From assembly GCA_934281515.1 (NCBI GenBank), contig CAKQXG010000001.1:1-61900 (forward strand): a stretch of DNA of 61,900 bases, in the 5' to 3' direction. Origin of the DNA: an uncultured Clostridia bacterium (GTDB taxonomy: Bacteria > Bacillota > Clostridia > Christensenellales > CAG-314). The position numbers were made by a program, and so were the translations under genes. Below, piece by piece: positions 1 through 7,683 of this stretch. The notes under the pieces are model-generated. The model was given only the letters and a program-made list of their open reading frames with translations, was not told the origin of the DNA and searched no databases. Positions within the stretch are counted from its first letter, which is position 1; each line of letters starts with the position of its first letter.

Positions 1-890
1 AGCAAAATGTGTCCCGTATCCTCACCATAAGAGTCCATGCCCTGCATTTGGCGAAGTAGCTCCGAGCGCACCTGCCTTGCATATTGCGAGTGCGTCGTTG
101 CAGGGCAGATAGAATCAAACTCGTCGAAGTAAATTACACTGCACGGAAAACTGCGCGCTTCCTTAAACAATGTTGCAATCAGCTTTTCGGAGTTGCCGAA
201 TCCCTGTGTAAGCAGGTCTGACGGTCCCACCGCGCAAAACTTCGCACCGATTTCTCTGGCAGTCGCCGCGGCAATCATCGTTTTGCCCGTGCCCGGAGGA
301 CCGTACATCAATATGCCGCCGCCGCCCTTTTTCACATAACCTTTGTACAAATCGGGGTTAGTAAGCGGTAACAGCACTTTGTTTTTGACGGTAGTTTTAA
401 CATCGGCAAGTCCCGCCACGTCGTCAAAGGATATTGTAGGCAATTCGTCCCACTTAAACACGAAACTGTTAGGCGTTTTCGGTCCTGCCGCAGTTCCATC
501 CGTTCCGTCGGGTGCAGAGCGCCCCGCCTTTTCCTTGCTGATACCCTTGCCCGCTTTTGTACCGCTTTGTGCCGTCGAAGGTTTGTTAGCGGCACCTGTT
601 GTCGGCTTTTGTGGTACACTCGGCATCGGTAACGCGTTACCGGTCAGCATACGGTACACGGCAGGAAAGTCTGCCGCAGACGTCAACTGGCGCGTAGCTT
701 CCAACACCAGACGAGCCTTTTCGCCGCTGCGTATGCGGTCGGGCACAGACAACTTGCCGATGTCGACAAGTTGTTGCGCCACGTCCAACAACAGACTGCG
801 CACTTGTTTGAAGTCGCCGCCGTTTTCAATCAGGGTCATTGCTCTGTCGAAATCGGCATTGCACTTGTTTTTAAGGTCGATTACGTTCAT
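1..890 (-). CDS. AAA+ ATPase of the classical clade (Vps4/spastin/katanin-like) with an N-terminal helical MIT-like domain; C-terminus cut by the window edge
   Basis: Own minus-strand translation from the ATG at 888-890 gives MNVIDLKNKCNADFDRAMTLIENGGDFKQVRSLLLDVAQQLVDIGK... This is followed by a P/T/A/G-rich linker of about 55 aa (PSVPQKPTTGAANKPSTAQSGTKAGKG...). The AAA module then shows ISFDDVAGLADVK, Walker A ILMYGPPGTGKT, Walker B SVIYFDEFD and QYARQVRSELLRQMQG. It is absent from the ORF track because it runs off the window. The ATG lies 1 nt after the stop of the upstream gene. Confidence 0.85.
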   Translation of the reverse strand, partial: MNVIDLKNKCNADFDRAMTLIENGGDFKQVRSLLLDVAQQLVDIGKLSVPDRIRSGEKARLVLEATRQLTSAADFPAVYRMLTGNALPMPSVPQKPTTGAANKPSTAQSGTKAGKGISKEKAGRSAPDGTDGTAAGPKTPNSFVFKWDELPTISFDDVAGLADVKTTVKNKVLLPLTNPDLYKGYVKKGGGGILMYGPPGTGKTMIAAATAREIGAKFCAVGPSDLLTQGFGNSEKLIATLFKEARSFPCSVIYFDEFDSICPATTHSQYARQVRSELLRQMQGMDSYGEDTGHIL

Positions 891-891
891 T

Positions 892-1476
892 TTATATTAT
901 CCTGTTACGTTCAGCTTTAATCTCCGCCGAAATATCGATGTCGCTTGCAGAGGGCAGCGATACGCCTGTAATTCTTGCGCGAGCGGCGTCCACCATCGGG
1001 CGAACGGCGTCGATTTCCGCCTGACTTCTTGCACGATTGGCAGGGTTGGACGTACGCAACGTATTGGACATTGCCTTTTGCGAGATTTGCAAACCACGCA
1101 TATATTTGGCAATTTTGACGTTGGCGCGTTGAATCTTGCGGATGTCGGGCATCTGGCTTTTCCCGTCAGCCATGCGGTCAAGCGCGTTGACTGCGGTAGC
1201 AAGGTTGATAGCAATTGCGTTAGACACGTTGATAATGTCAAAGTTCGCCTTGGCTTGCATAAGTCCGCTGATTACGTCGTTAAGTTGGATAAGCGCGCTG
1301 ATTGCCACATCGTATGTAGCGGTGTCGCCGTTATCCTCTGCCTCGGCGGCAATGGTAGCGTACTCTTCGCGCTTCTTTTTAAGTTCGTTTATCTGGTCGG
1401 CAAAAACCTGCATTTGTTCGTCGCGCTCCATTTGCGCCTGTATTTCCCTTTCTGCCTTGGACTTGAAGAATCCCAT
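892..1476 (-). CDS. 194-aa all-helical coiled-coil protein, ESCRT-III/Snf7/PspA-like (tentative)
   Basis: ORF track. N-terminus MGFFKSKAEREIQ resembles the MxxFGK-type ESCRT-III/PspA N-termini. It has long heptad-like helices (YDVAISALIQLNDVISGLMQAKANFDIINVSNAI; MPDIRKIQRANVKIAKYMRGLQISQKAMSNTL). Its length is about 200 aa. It is translationally coupled to the AAA ATPase. Confidence 0.5.
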   Translation of the reverse strand: MGFFKSKAEREIQAQMERDEQMQVFADQINELKKKREEYATIAAEAEDNGDTATYDVAISALIQLNDVISGLMQAKANFDIINVSNAIAINLATAVNALDRMADGKSQMPDIRKIQRANVKIAKYMRGLQISQKAMSNTLRTSNPANRARSQAEIDAVRPMVDAARARITGVSLPSASDIDISAEIKAERNRII

Positions 1477-1501
1477 TGTTTATTCCTCCGATATCTGGTT
1501 G

Positions 1502-2566
1502 TTATTTTTTATTGTTGGTTTTGGTTGCGGCAGGGTCTGCAACGTCGTCGGGAGTGTCAAGCGTGCGCTTGGTCGGCGGCGTAAGCGAAGCAATGTCGGC
1601 ATTGGTCTGGTTGCGTTCGCGTATTTTACGCATAAGCTCTTCCTTGTAAGCAAGCGCGTCTTGCGACACGGTTGTGCTTGTTCCCTGTTGCCCGAACACC
1701 TTCTGATCCATTGCGCCAACGCCCAATGCAATTTTTTCGATGTCTTTTTGCATCACTTTCAATATTGCAATTGCCTTGTCGGGTTCGGTTACGACGTTTT
1801 TAAGTTTGTCGATGTTAAGCAATGCTTTTGCCTTGCCGATCTCCGCAGGCGAGAAGAATGAGCTTTGCAATATCTCCGCAGCGTTGGCGTAAATCATATC
1901 CAACACGTTGAAGCAAGCCGAGTAGTTTTCGCGGCGCACGTTGAGATTGCCGATGATACTCTTTGCGGCGGATATTTTGCGGTACAACTCGTTGATCTGG
2001 CGTTCGTTGTCCTCTTTTACCATCATGTTTTCCAACTCGGCAAGATCGCGTTCCTTGGATTGAATATCCCTTTCAAGGCGGTTGTTTTGCCCTTCGAGAG
2101 CCGTTTTTATCGTATCAAGCTCGGCAAGGCGGTCAAACAAACGCTTTTGCGCGGCAGTTTTGCGTGCGGCTTGCTCGTTTTCTTCAAAACTGTCAAGCAA
2201 AGCCGTCGCGTCGGGATCGTTGCAGATTTCCGACAGCGTGTCGATGCAAAATTGCAAAGTGTCGGCGTTTTCTTCCAGACGACCCGAGTAAATTTGTCCG
2301 AGCGACTTTTTAAGCGCAACAACCGCTTCTGACGTACTTGCGCCGATTTTGCGCAAATCTTCGTCGCCCGTAAACAACAAACCTTCAACATCGCTGTAAG
2401 ACTTTTTGAGCATTTCCAACACCTTGTCGACGGTTTCCTTGTCGAGTTGCTTGTTATACTTGCCCTTTTCTATAAAAAACACAAGGGCATTAAGTTGTTT
2501 TTTCAGTTCTTCGCACTTTGCGTTGTTAGCCGTTGCGGACGGCACATATTTTTTTGCAAAACACAT
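1502..2566 (-). CDS. 354-aa coiled-coil protein of unknown function; its C-terminal half is possibly a second ESCRT-III/PspA-like helical hairpin
   Basis: ORF track. SD AAAGGAGAG sits 8 nt before the ATG at 2566. It has an extended heptad region (QNNRLERDIQSKERDLAELENMMVKEDNERQINELYRKISAAKSIIGNLNVRRENY...). The tail is T/P/D-rich (TPPTKRTLDTPDDVADPAATKTNNKK). Confidence 0.6.
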   Translation of the reverse strand: MCFAKKYVPSATANNAKCEELKKQLNALVFFIEKGKYNKQLDKETVDKVLEMLKKSYSDVEGLLFTGDEDLRKIGASTSEAVVALKKSLGQIYSGRLEENADTLQFCIDTLSEICNDPDATALLDSFEENEQAARKTAAQKRLFDRLAELDTIKTALEGQNNRLERDIQSKERDLAELENMMVKEDNERQINELYRKISAAKSIIGNLNVRRENYSACFNVLDMIYANAAEILQSSFFSPAEIGKAKALLNIDKLKNVVTEPDKAIAILKVMQKDIEKIALGVGAMDQKVFGQQGTSTTVSQDALAYKEELMRKIRERNQTNADIASLTPPTKRTLDTPDDVADPAATKTNNKK

Positions 2567-2605
2567 AGTTTTTACTCTCCTTTGTCGGCGTAATGGCGTT
2601 GTAAT

Positions 2606-4051
2606 TTACATCGTGTACAAACCGCGTTGTTTGAAAAACTCCAACGCGCTTGTCAGGTAGTCTTTGCGAGAGATGTTGTCGCGTTCGAATTGTTGTTCCA
2701 ACAGTTTGTTGTTTTCGTCGGATTTGTGACGAATACGATTGAGCGTTGTCCATATGTCGGAGGCGTGCTTGGCATCTTCCACCGACAAACCTGCCTTGAC
2801 AAAGCGCACAACGGGGAACATCTCCACCAGGCAAGGTTTGCCGTCGGCAGTCGTGCTGTACACGCGCGGTTGCAATACGCTTATCGAACCGTCCTTGTTG
2901 CGACGTTTAAGCAAGTTTCTGCCTTCGAACATTGTCGTTTCGGCGATGGCAAGATACTCGTCGTAATCGATAAGAAACTTTTGATCCTTGTGTTGCAAGC
3001 CAAACTTGTGTATAAGGTTGTCCTCGACATTGCTGTACAGCATTGCCGCAGGCGGAATAAGGTCGTCGTCGGTTTTGGCGTGAGCAATCAAAAACTCCGC
3101 CGTAACGTCAAGTGTGCGCAAGTGATCGGCTTTTGCCGCGTCTTGCAGGGGCAACGTTTCCTGTATGCGCTCGTCGATTTCCGACACGATGTTGCGACCG
3201 AACTCTTGCAATTGCGCCGTGAGTTGCGCTATCACCGCCGCAACGAGGTCGTTTTTAAGATTGCCGTTTTCCTCGGCAAAGCGACGATACATTTCTTCGC
3301 TGAAACGGATAATTTTACTACTGCCGTCGTTACCGCCGCCACTGTTGCCGTCATCGTCCTTGCGACCGGGGATTACGCCGCCGTTGTTGATGCGGTCACG
3401 TATGCGCTCAAGGTCCTCCTGATTGATGTGCATGCCGGCAACCACCACATTGTCAAGGCGTATGCCCATAGACGACAACGCCGAGTCCAACTTGAGTTGC
3501 GACTGGATTTCGGCACGGATTTCCGCCATGCGAGCAACCATTTCAAACACAGATACGTTGCTGTCGGCAAACTGTTTGGCAATGACAGGTGCGGCGTCAC
3601 CCTGAATGACGGACAATACGCGTTCATGCACGTCATCAAGCGTAACGTCCTCTCCGTATGGGAAGGCGTTGACCAACTTGACGTAGTCGCAAACAGTCGG
3701 CGTGTAGGTGCCGTTTGCGCCCACGCGGTAAGCTTCGTTAAGACGAGCGTTGTTTACATTGATGTTGCCTACGCCCCACTTGTCGGGAGCCAATGCCTTG
3801 GTGCGCACATATGCAACCTGCACAGTTTGTCCCGCGGCTTGTTTACCGACAAGAGCTAACAACTCCTGCCCGAGACCGCTTTCGCGACGCAACAGCGGCT
3901 TGCCGTTGATAAACACCACCGCCGTATACTGCGGCGGAACCTCCAACGTGGTACCGCGGTCGAGCACAAATTTGCCCGAGTAGGTAATGAGATTTCTCTC
4001 CGACGGATTATCCAGACGGATAAACGTCTTTTTGGGTCCAAACAAACTCAT
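2606..4051 (-). CDS. SPFH/band-7 family protein of the YdjI (COG4260) type with an extra C-terminal domain of about 235 aa of unknown function
   Basis: ORF track. N-terminal aa 1-220 follow the YdjI-like pattern: MSLFG..., LEVPPQYTAVVFINGK, KWGVGNINV, RVGANGTYTPTVCDYVKL, SMGIRLDNVVVAGMHINQEDLERI. A G/D/N/S linker covers aa 222-246. A separate domain runs to aa 481. Confidence 0.7.
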   Translation of the reverse strand: MSLFGPKKTFIRLDNPSERNLITYSGKFVLDRGTTLEVPPQYTAVVFINGKPLLRRESGLGQELLALVGKQAAGQTVQVAYVRTKALAPDKWGVGNINVNNARLNEAYRVGANGTYTPTVCDYVKLVNAFPYGEDVTLDDVHERVLSVIQGDAAPVIAKQFADSNVSVFEMVARMAEIRAEIQSQLKLDSALSSMGIRLDNVVVAGMHINQEDLERIRDRINNGGVIPGRKDDDGNSGGGNDGSSKIIRFSEEMYRRFAEENGNLKNDLVAAVIAQLTAQLQEFGRNIVSEIDERIQETLPLQDAAKADHLRTLDVTAEFLIAHAKTDDDLIPPAAMLYSNVEDNLIHKFGLQHKDQKFLIDYDEYLAIAETTMFEGRNLLKRRNKDGSISVLQPRVYSTTADGKPCLVEMFPVVRFVKAGLSVEDAKHASDIWTTLNRIRHKSDENNKLLEQQFERDNISRKDYLTSALEFFKQRGLYTM

Positions 4052-4413
4052 TTCAAGTCCTCCTCCGAACTACCGTCAATTATTTGACACAGGCGCGTAA
4101 GAGTGGCGTCGTCTATGTCTTCTTTAGCCAGTGTGCGGATAAGCTTCTTGCGCTTGTCCGCCATTTCCGTCAGGTCAATCTTGACGGTGGAAGCCGAAGC
4201 TTCGATTGCGGTATGCAATTCCTTTTGCTCCTCCGCAGAGAGACCGTACTGCCTGACGATCTCCGATTCCAACGTGGAAGGAATGTTGCGTTTGCCGTTT
4301 TCCATTGCAGACAGATACGCCGCACTAAGGGACAATTTCTCCGCCATTGCGCGCAAACTGTCACCGCTGTTTATTCTCATAATTCTCATCACTTTACCGA
4401 ATTCGGTCAGCAT
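4048..4413 (-). CDS. XRE-family helix-turn-helix transcriptional regulator
   Basis: ORF track. The HTH is MRIMRINSGDSLRAMAEKLSLSAAYLSAMENGKRNIP. SD GGAGG precedes the ATG. The stop overlaps the SPFH start (ATGA at 4048-4051). Confidence 0.8.
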   Translation of the reverse strand: MLTEFGKVMRIMRINSGDSLRAMAEKLSLSAAYLSAMENGKRNIPSTLESEIVRQYGLSAEEQKELHTAIEASASTVKIDLTEMADKRKKLIRTLAKEDIDDATLTRLCQIIDGSSEEDLK

Positions 4414-4444
4414 GACAAATAACCTCCGTATTTGTTATGGTTAT

Positions 4445-4472
4445 ATTTTATCACATTACAGGAAAATGTCAA
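4445..4472 (-). promoter_or_regulatory. sigma-70-type promoter for the XRE-SPFH-...-AAA operon
   Basis: On the minus strand: TTGACA (4467-4472), a 16-nt spacer, then TAAAAT (4445-4450). It lies about 30 nt upstream of the XRE ATG. Confidence 0.55.
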
Positions 4473-4810
4473 CACGATTTGTGAACATTTTTTAAATTTT
4501 TTTAAAATTTTTTACAAATTTTGCCGGACAAACAGTTAAATGTGCGTTTTGAGAGAAAAACTAACATAATTATCCGATGCGACGAGTCGACCGCGAATAC
4601 CGAGCAACCCGACAGTCAATTGAAGTATCGATAATTTTATTGAATTGAGTGAAAAATGCCCGACTACGGCAACTTCGTCAGATAACATATTTGCGCGATA
4701 CAAAAATGCGGTTGCGAACGCCGTGATTAAACGTCGAGTTTCTGCTTGAAAATTCGATCAACTTGTGTTACAATATAGTCAAGAAAAGCAATCCGATATT
4801 GAGGTGTGCC

Positions 4811-5356
4811 ATGCGTATATTCATTGCATTGAAACTACCCGACAAAACCGTCGAAAATCTTGCCCGTTCTGCCACCGACCTGAAACACTTTGACTGTGGC
4901 GGTAGTTTTGTGCCGTCGACCAATTACCACGTGACGTTGCACTTTTTGGGCGAGGTTGCCCCGAGCGACCTTATTTACGTACAAAAAGCGATGGACGAAG
5001 TTGCCAAATTACCTGCACCGACATTGGCAGTACATCAGATATGTACCCTGCGCGCGAGCGACATTGTTTGCGCCAAATTTCGCCCATGCAAGGAGTTGAC
5101 AACTCTGCATGAAACGTTGGGTGCCAAACTCGAAGAACAGCGCTTTACCGTGGAGCACCGCGCTTACCGTCCGCATGTGACAATGGTACGCAAATACAAG
5201 TTTACGTTGCCGTTCAGCGAAGTGAACAAGAGCGTAAAAGTGTACAATATGCCTTTTGTTGCCGACCAACTTGTACTGTACGCCAGCGATTTGCGCCGCG
5301 AAGGTGCCGTCTACACACCGCTGTACACGGTACAATTGCAAACAAACAACGATTAA
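4811..5356 (+). CDS. thpR: RNA 2',3'-cyclic phosphodiesterase (2H phosphoesterase, LigT/ThpR)
   Basis: Two HxT motifs are present (HVTLHFLGE and HVTMVRK). SD GAGGTG precedes the ATG at 4811. The ORF-track start at 4763 is judged too far upstream. Confidence 0.8.
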   Translation: MRIFIALKLPDKTVENLARSATDLKHFDCGGSFVPSTNYHVTLHFLGEVAPSDLIYVQKAMDEVAKLPAPTLAVHQICTLRASDIVCAKFRPCKELTTLHETLGAKLEEQRFTVEHRAYRPHVTMVRKYKFTLPFSEVNKSVKVYNMPFVADQLVLYASDLRREGAVYTPLYTVQLQTNND

Positions 5357-5474
5357 CTTATGCCCCTGTACATAAAATCCAAATACGTATGCAAAATTTT
5401 GTGACAGGCGAGCCGAATTCAAATATGCAAACATTACCCTTGCTAAACGAAAGACGACAAAGAAAGACATGTTA

Positions 5475-5529
5475 CAGTCTTACTTTGCCGTCTTTATTGT
5501 CCTCGCTTTCGAGATCTTTTATTGGCAAG
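5475..5529 (-). repeat. Copy 4 (terminal, 5'-block only) of the toxin-cassette junction repeat
   Basis: cagtcttactttgccgtctttattgtcctcgctttcgagatctttt matches the blocks at 6368-6424, 7297-7352 and 8087-8130. Confidence 0.85.
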
Positions 5530-5539
5530 AATATTTAAT

Positions 5540-6031
5540 TTATTCTTTTATTACAGTAAAAGTGCTCCCATTCAAGCCTTCTATTACTATCTTGCGATCA
5601 CTTGATTTTTGAAATTTAAGTAGTCGTCCTAAAAAATCCACCACTGAGTCGGAATCTCCGCCAACTTCTACTTCTTCATTTATAGCCGAAAAACCAACGT
5701 CGAACTTTTTATCCTTAAAATGCCTTCCGTAAAGATACGTTTCCATAGCGTTGTTTAATACTTCGTAATCTCTCCTACCGTAGTAAAAACACAGCAATTG
5801 ATCCGACTCGTCTGAGAAATTAAACTCAACAAGGCAAAAGTTTTCACTTTCCCAATTGAGAACATACCTTTTCAAATTGAACATAACGATGCCGACAAAT
5901 GCCTTTATTTCATCTTCATTGCATCTCATTTCAGCGTGCCGACCACTGCCGCCAAGTACTATACTACTGTATTTTTCATCAAAATACTTGTTCTCAATTT
6001 CTTGCCAAAACTTTTCGTCTATTTCTTGCAT
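5540..6031 (-). CDS. putative immunity protein (163 aa) for the upstream orphan toxin module
   Basis: ORF track. It has its own SD (GGAGAAAATAAG before the ATG). It lies directly downstream of the toxin C-terminal module, is AT-rich, and shows no recognisable motif. Confidence 0.5.
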   Translation of the reverse strand: MQEIDEKFWQEIENKYFDEKYSSIVLGGSGRHAEMRCNEDEIKAFVGIVMFNLKRYVLNWESENFCLVEFNFSDESDQLLCFYYGRRDYEVLNNAMETYLYGRHFKDKKFDVGFSAINEEVEVGGDSDSVVDFLGRLLKFQKSSDRKIVIEGLNGSTFTVIKE

Positions 6032-6096
6032 CTTATTTTCTCCATAAAATATGTATTATTCATATTCGATCTTCATTTTGTTCCAAACGGCTGTTC

Positions 6097-6366
6097 CTAT
6101 ATTTGCAAATTAATGTAAAAGCCATTACTGATAAGATGAGGGTCGGTCAAATCAATATCAAATCCCCCGTACACATCCATGGTAAATTCTTTTGCATCAT
6201 CAAATGATTCAAAACGTAATTCATACTCATATTTGCACTTATTATGCACCAATACTTTGTCGCCAGACACATAATACGTGTGGAAGTCTTCAACTTCGAA
6301 GTTGTAGGTTATTTGCGGAACACAAAGCTTGTTGATACGAATTTCATCCCAACAGCAAAACCTATT
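6097..6366 (-). pseudogene. orphan polymorphic-toxin module: Hint C-terminal segment plus a short C-terminal domain, with no start codon
   Basis: Own translation: ...WDEIRINKLCVPQITYNFEVEDFHTYYVSGDKVLVHNKCKYEYELRFESFDDAKEFTMDVYGGFDIDLTDPHLISNGFYINLQI*. The open frame is bounded upstream by TGA at 6367-6369. Confidence 0.6.
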
Positions 6367-6424
6367 TCAGTCTTACTTTGCCGTCTTTATTGTCCTCGCT
6401 TTCGGGATCTTTTCTTGGCAAAAA
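6242..6424 (-). repeat. Copy 3 of the toxin-cassette junction repeat (about 183 bp)
   Basis: Near-identical to 7171-7352. It encodes the Hint C-terminus ending VLVHN. Confidence 0.9.
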
Positions 6425-6437
6425 CATTTTTCTTTTT

Positions 6438-6893
6438 CTATTTCCTTACAAGATATGCTTTGTTAAATTCCAGTGTTCCTTGATTGTATCTTCTTAAAAA
6501 ATTTTTCAACGATATAGTGCCTTCAATACTATTATCTTTCGAATTGCCCGTGCGCGTTAACCAATAAATAGTCTTTATTGGTGAACTGTTTATAAAAGTA
6601 CACAATAACCTTTCCATTTCGCAGACTGATATTCTTTCGCTCAAAATTTTATACCGATTTCGCACTACAGCCAAATCAAATATTCCATTTTCATAGTCAT
6701 ATTCTCCATCTTCTGTTACAGGAAAAAGATCATAATCAACACTTGCGAAAGAACTAATAACACTCCAACTTTCTCCGTAATAATAGGATATAGATTTTTT
6801 TCTTTCACATTTGATAAATGAAATAGGTACATCAATAGCCGTATCGGATTTTTGTTTTAACACACCAATATGCCAATCCGCAATAATACTCAC
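6438..6893 (-). CDS. putative immunity protein (151 aa)
   Basis: ORF track. GTG start with SD GGGAGG. It begins 7 nt after the toxin-module stop (TAG at 6900-6902). Confidence 0.5.
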   Translation of the reverse strand: MSIIADWHIGVLKQKSDTAIDVPISFIKCERKKSISYYYGESWSVISSFASVDYDLFPVTEDGEYDYENGIFDLAVVRNRYKILSERISVCEMERLLCTFINSSPIKTIYWLTRTGNSKDNSIEGTISLKNFLRRYNQGTLEFNKAYLVRK

Positions 6894-6899
6894 TTTTAT

Positions 6900-7295
6900 C
6901 TATCCTCCCAAACCTAACGATTGAATTACATCTACTATATTTAGACCAGTAATTTGAAACCCTTTTGAAAAGGACGAGCCCTTAGCCCCCTGATAAGCAA
7001 TATCACCAATAGAATTCAATAATATATCTGGATTGCTGCCAACATTATAGTTTGGCTTCACTTGAGCTATAATTTTCCTCTTAACTTTTCCATGAAAATC
7101 CTCGACTGTTATTCCATATTTATCAGCGATTTTTTCTGGCGAATATAATTTATAATCTTTTTTGCATATATTATGCACCAGCACCATTTCGTCGGTGACA
7201 TAGTATGTGTGGAAGTCTTCAACTTCGAAGTTGTAGGTTATTTGCGGAACACGAAGCTTGTGAATACAGATTTCGTTCCAACAACAAAACCTGTT
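6900..7295 (-). pseudogene. orphan polymorphic-toxin module: Hint C-terminal segment plus a C-terminal domain of about 90 aa of unknown type
   Basis: Own translation: WNEICIHKLRVPQITYNFEVEDFHTYYVTDEMVLVHNICKKDYKLYSPEKIADKYGITVEDFHGKVKRKII...SLGLGG*. The open frame is bounded upstream by TGA at 7296-7298. The only internal Met is at 7187 (the ORF-track ORF). Confidence 0.6.
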
Positions 7296-7352
7296 TCAGT
7301 CTTACTTTACCGGCCTTATTATCCTCGCTTTCGGGATCTTTTCTTGGCAAAA
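7171..7352 (-). repeat. Copy 2 of the toxin-cassette junction repeat
   Basis: Aligns base-for-base with 6242-6424 with few substitutions. Confidence 0.9.
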
Positions 7353-7367
7353 TAACGAATATTTATT

Positions 7368-7673
7368 TTAAAACACACGCCAAAACGCAAAAACACTCAT
7401 AGAAACTTCTGCTATGGCAAATTTTTTACCAGAGTTTGTCTCCCTCACGTGTAAAAGTTGCAATTGATTATACCTCAAGTCGTATCCATAGCAAAATTCA
7501 TTTCGACTTTTAGAAAATGAAGTGTTTTCTCCATCTATGAAAAATGAATCATTGTGACTTTCACCTAAAAAAACGGTATTGTACGCAACAAAGATTTCAT
7601 CAAAATCATTCATAAGTCCAAGACCCGTTTCCATCAAAACTTTTGCTCTTTTTCTTTCCAAGTCGTTTTGCAT
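7368..7673 (-). CDS. putative immunity protein (101 aa)
   Basis: ORF track. SD GGGAGAG. It starts 10 nt after the stop of the TNT-like module. Confidence 0.5.
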   Translation of the reverse strand: MQNDLERKRAKVLMETGLGLMNDFDEIFVAYNTVFLGESHNDSFFIDGENTSFSKSRNEFCYGYDLRYNQLQLLHVRETNSGKKFAIAEVSMSVFAFWRVF

Positions 7674-7683
7674 TTAACTCTCC

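Noticed and set aside
343-1584. Long plus-strand ORF (413 aa) and similar long antisense ORFs, for example 16298-18571 (+), 57124-58983 (+), 32999-34549 (+), 43952-44767 (-) and 47863-48945 (+).
   Set aside because: Each lies exactly opposite a gene with clear family motifs and an SD. Their translations are low-complexity and R/C/V-rich with no motifs, which is typical of shadow ORFs in roughly 50% GC DNA.
4811-5356. thpR (2H phosphoesterase) as a functional part of the adjacent ESCRT-like operon or the toxin island.
   Set aside because: It is divergently transcribed with its own SD, has normal GC, and is a widespread housekeeping-type gene. Adjacency alone is not evidence of linkage.
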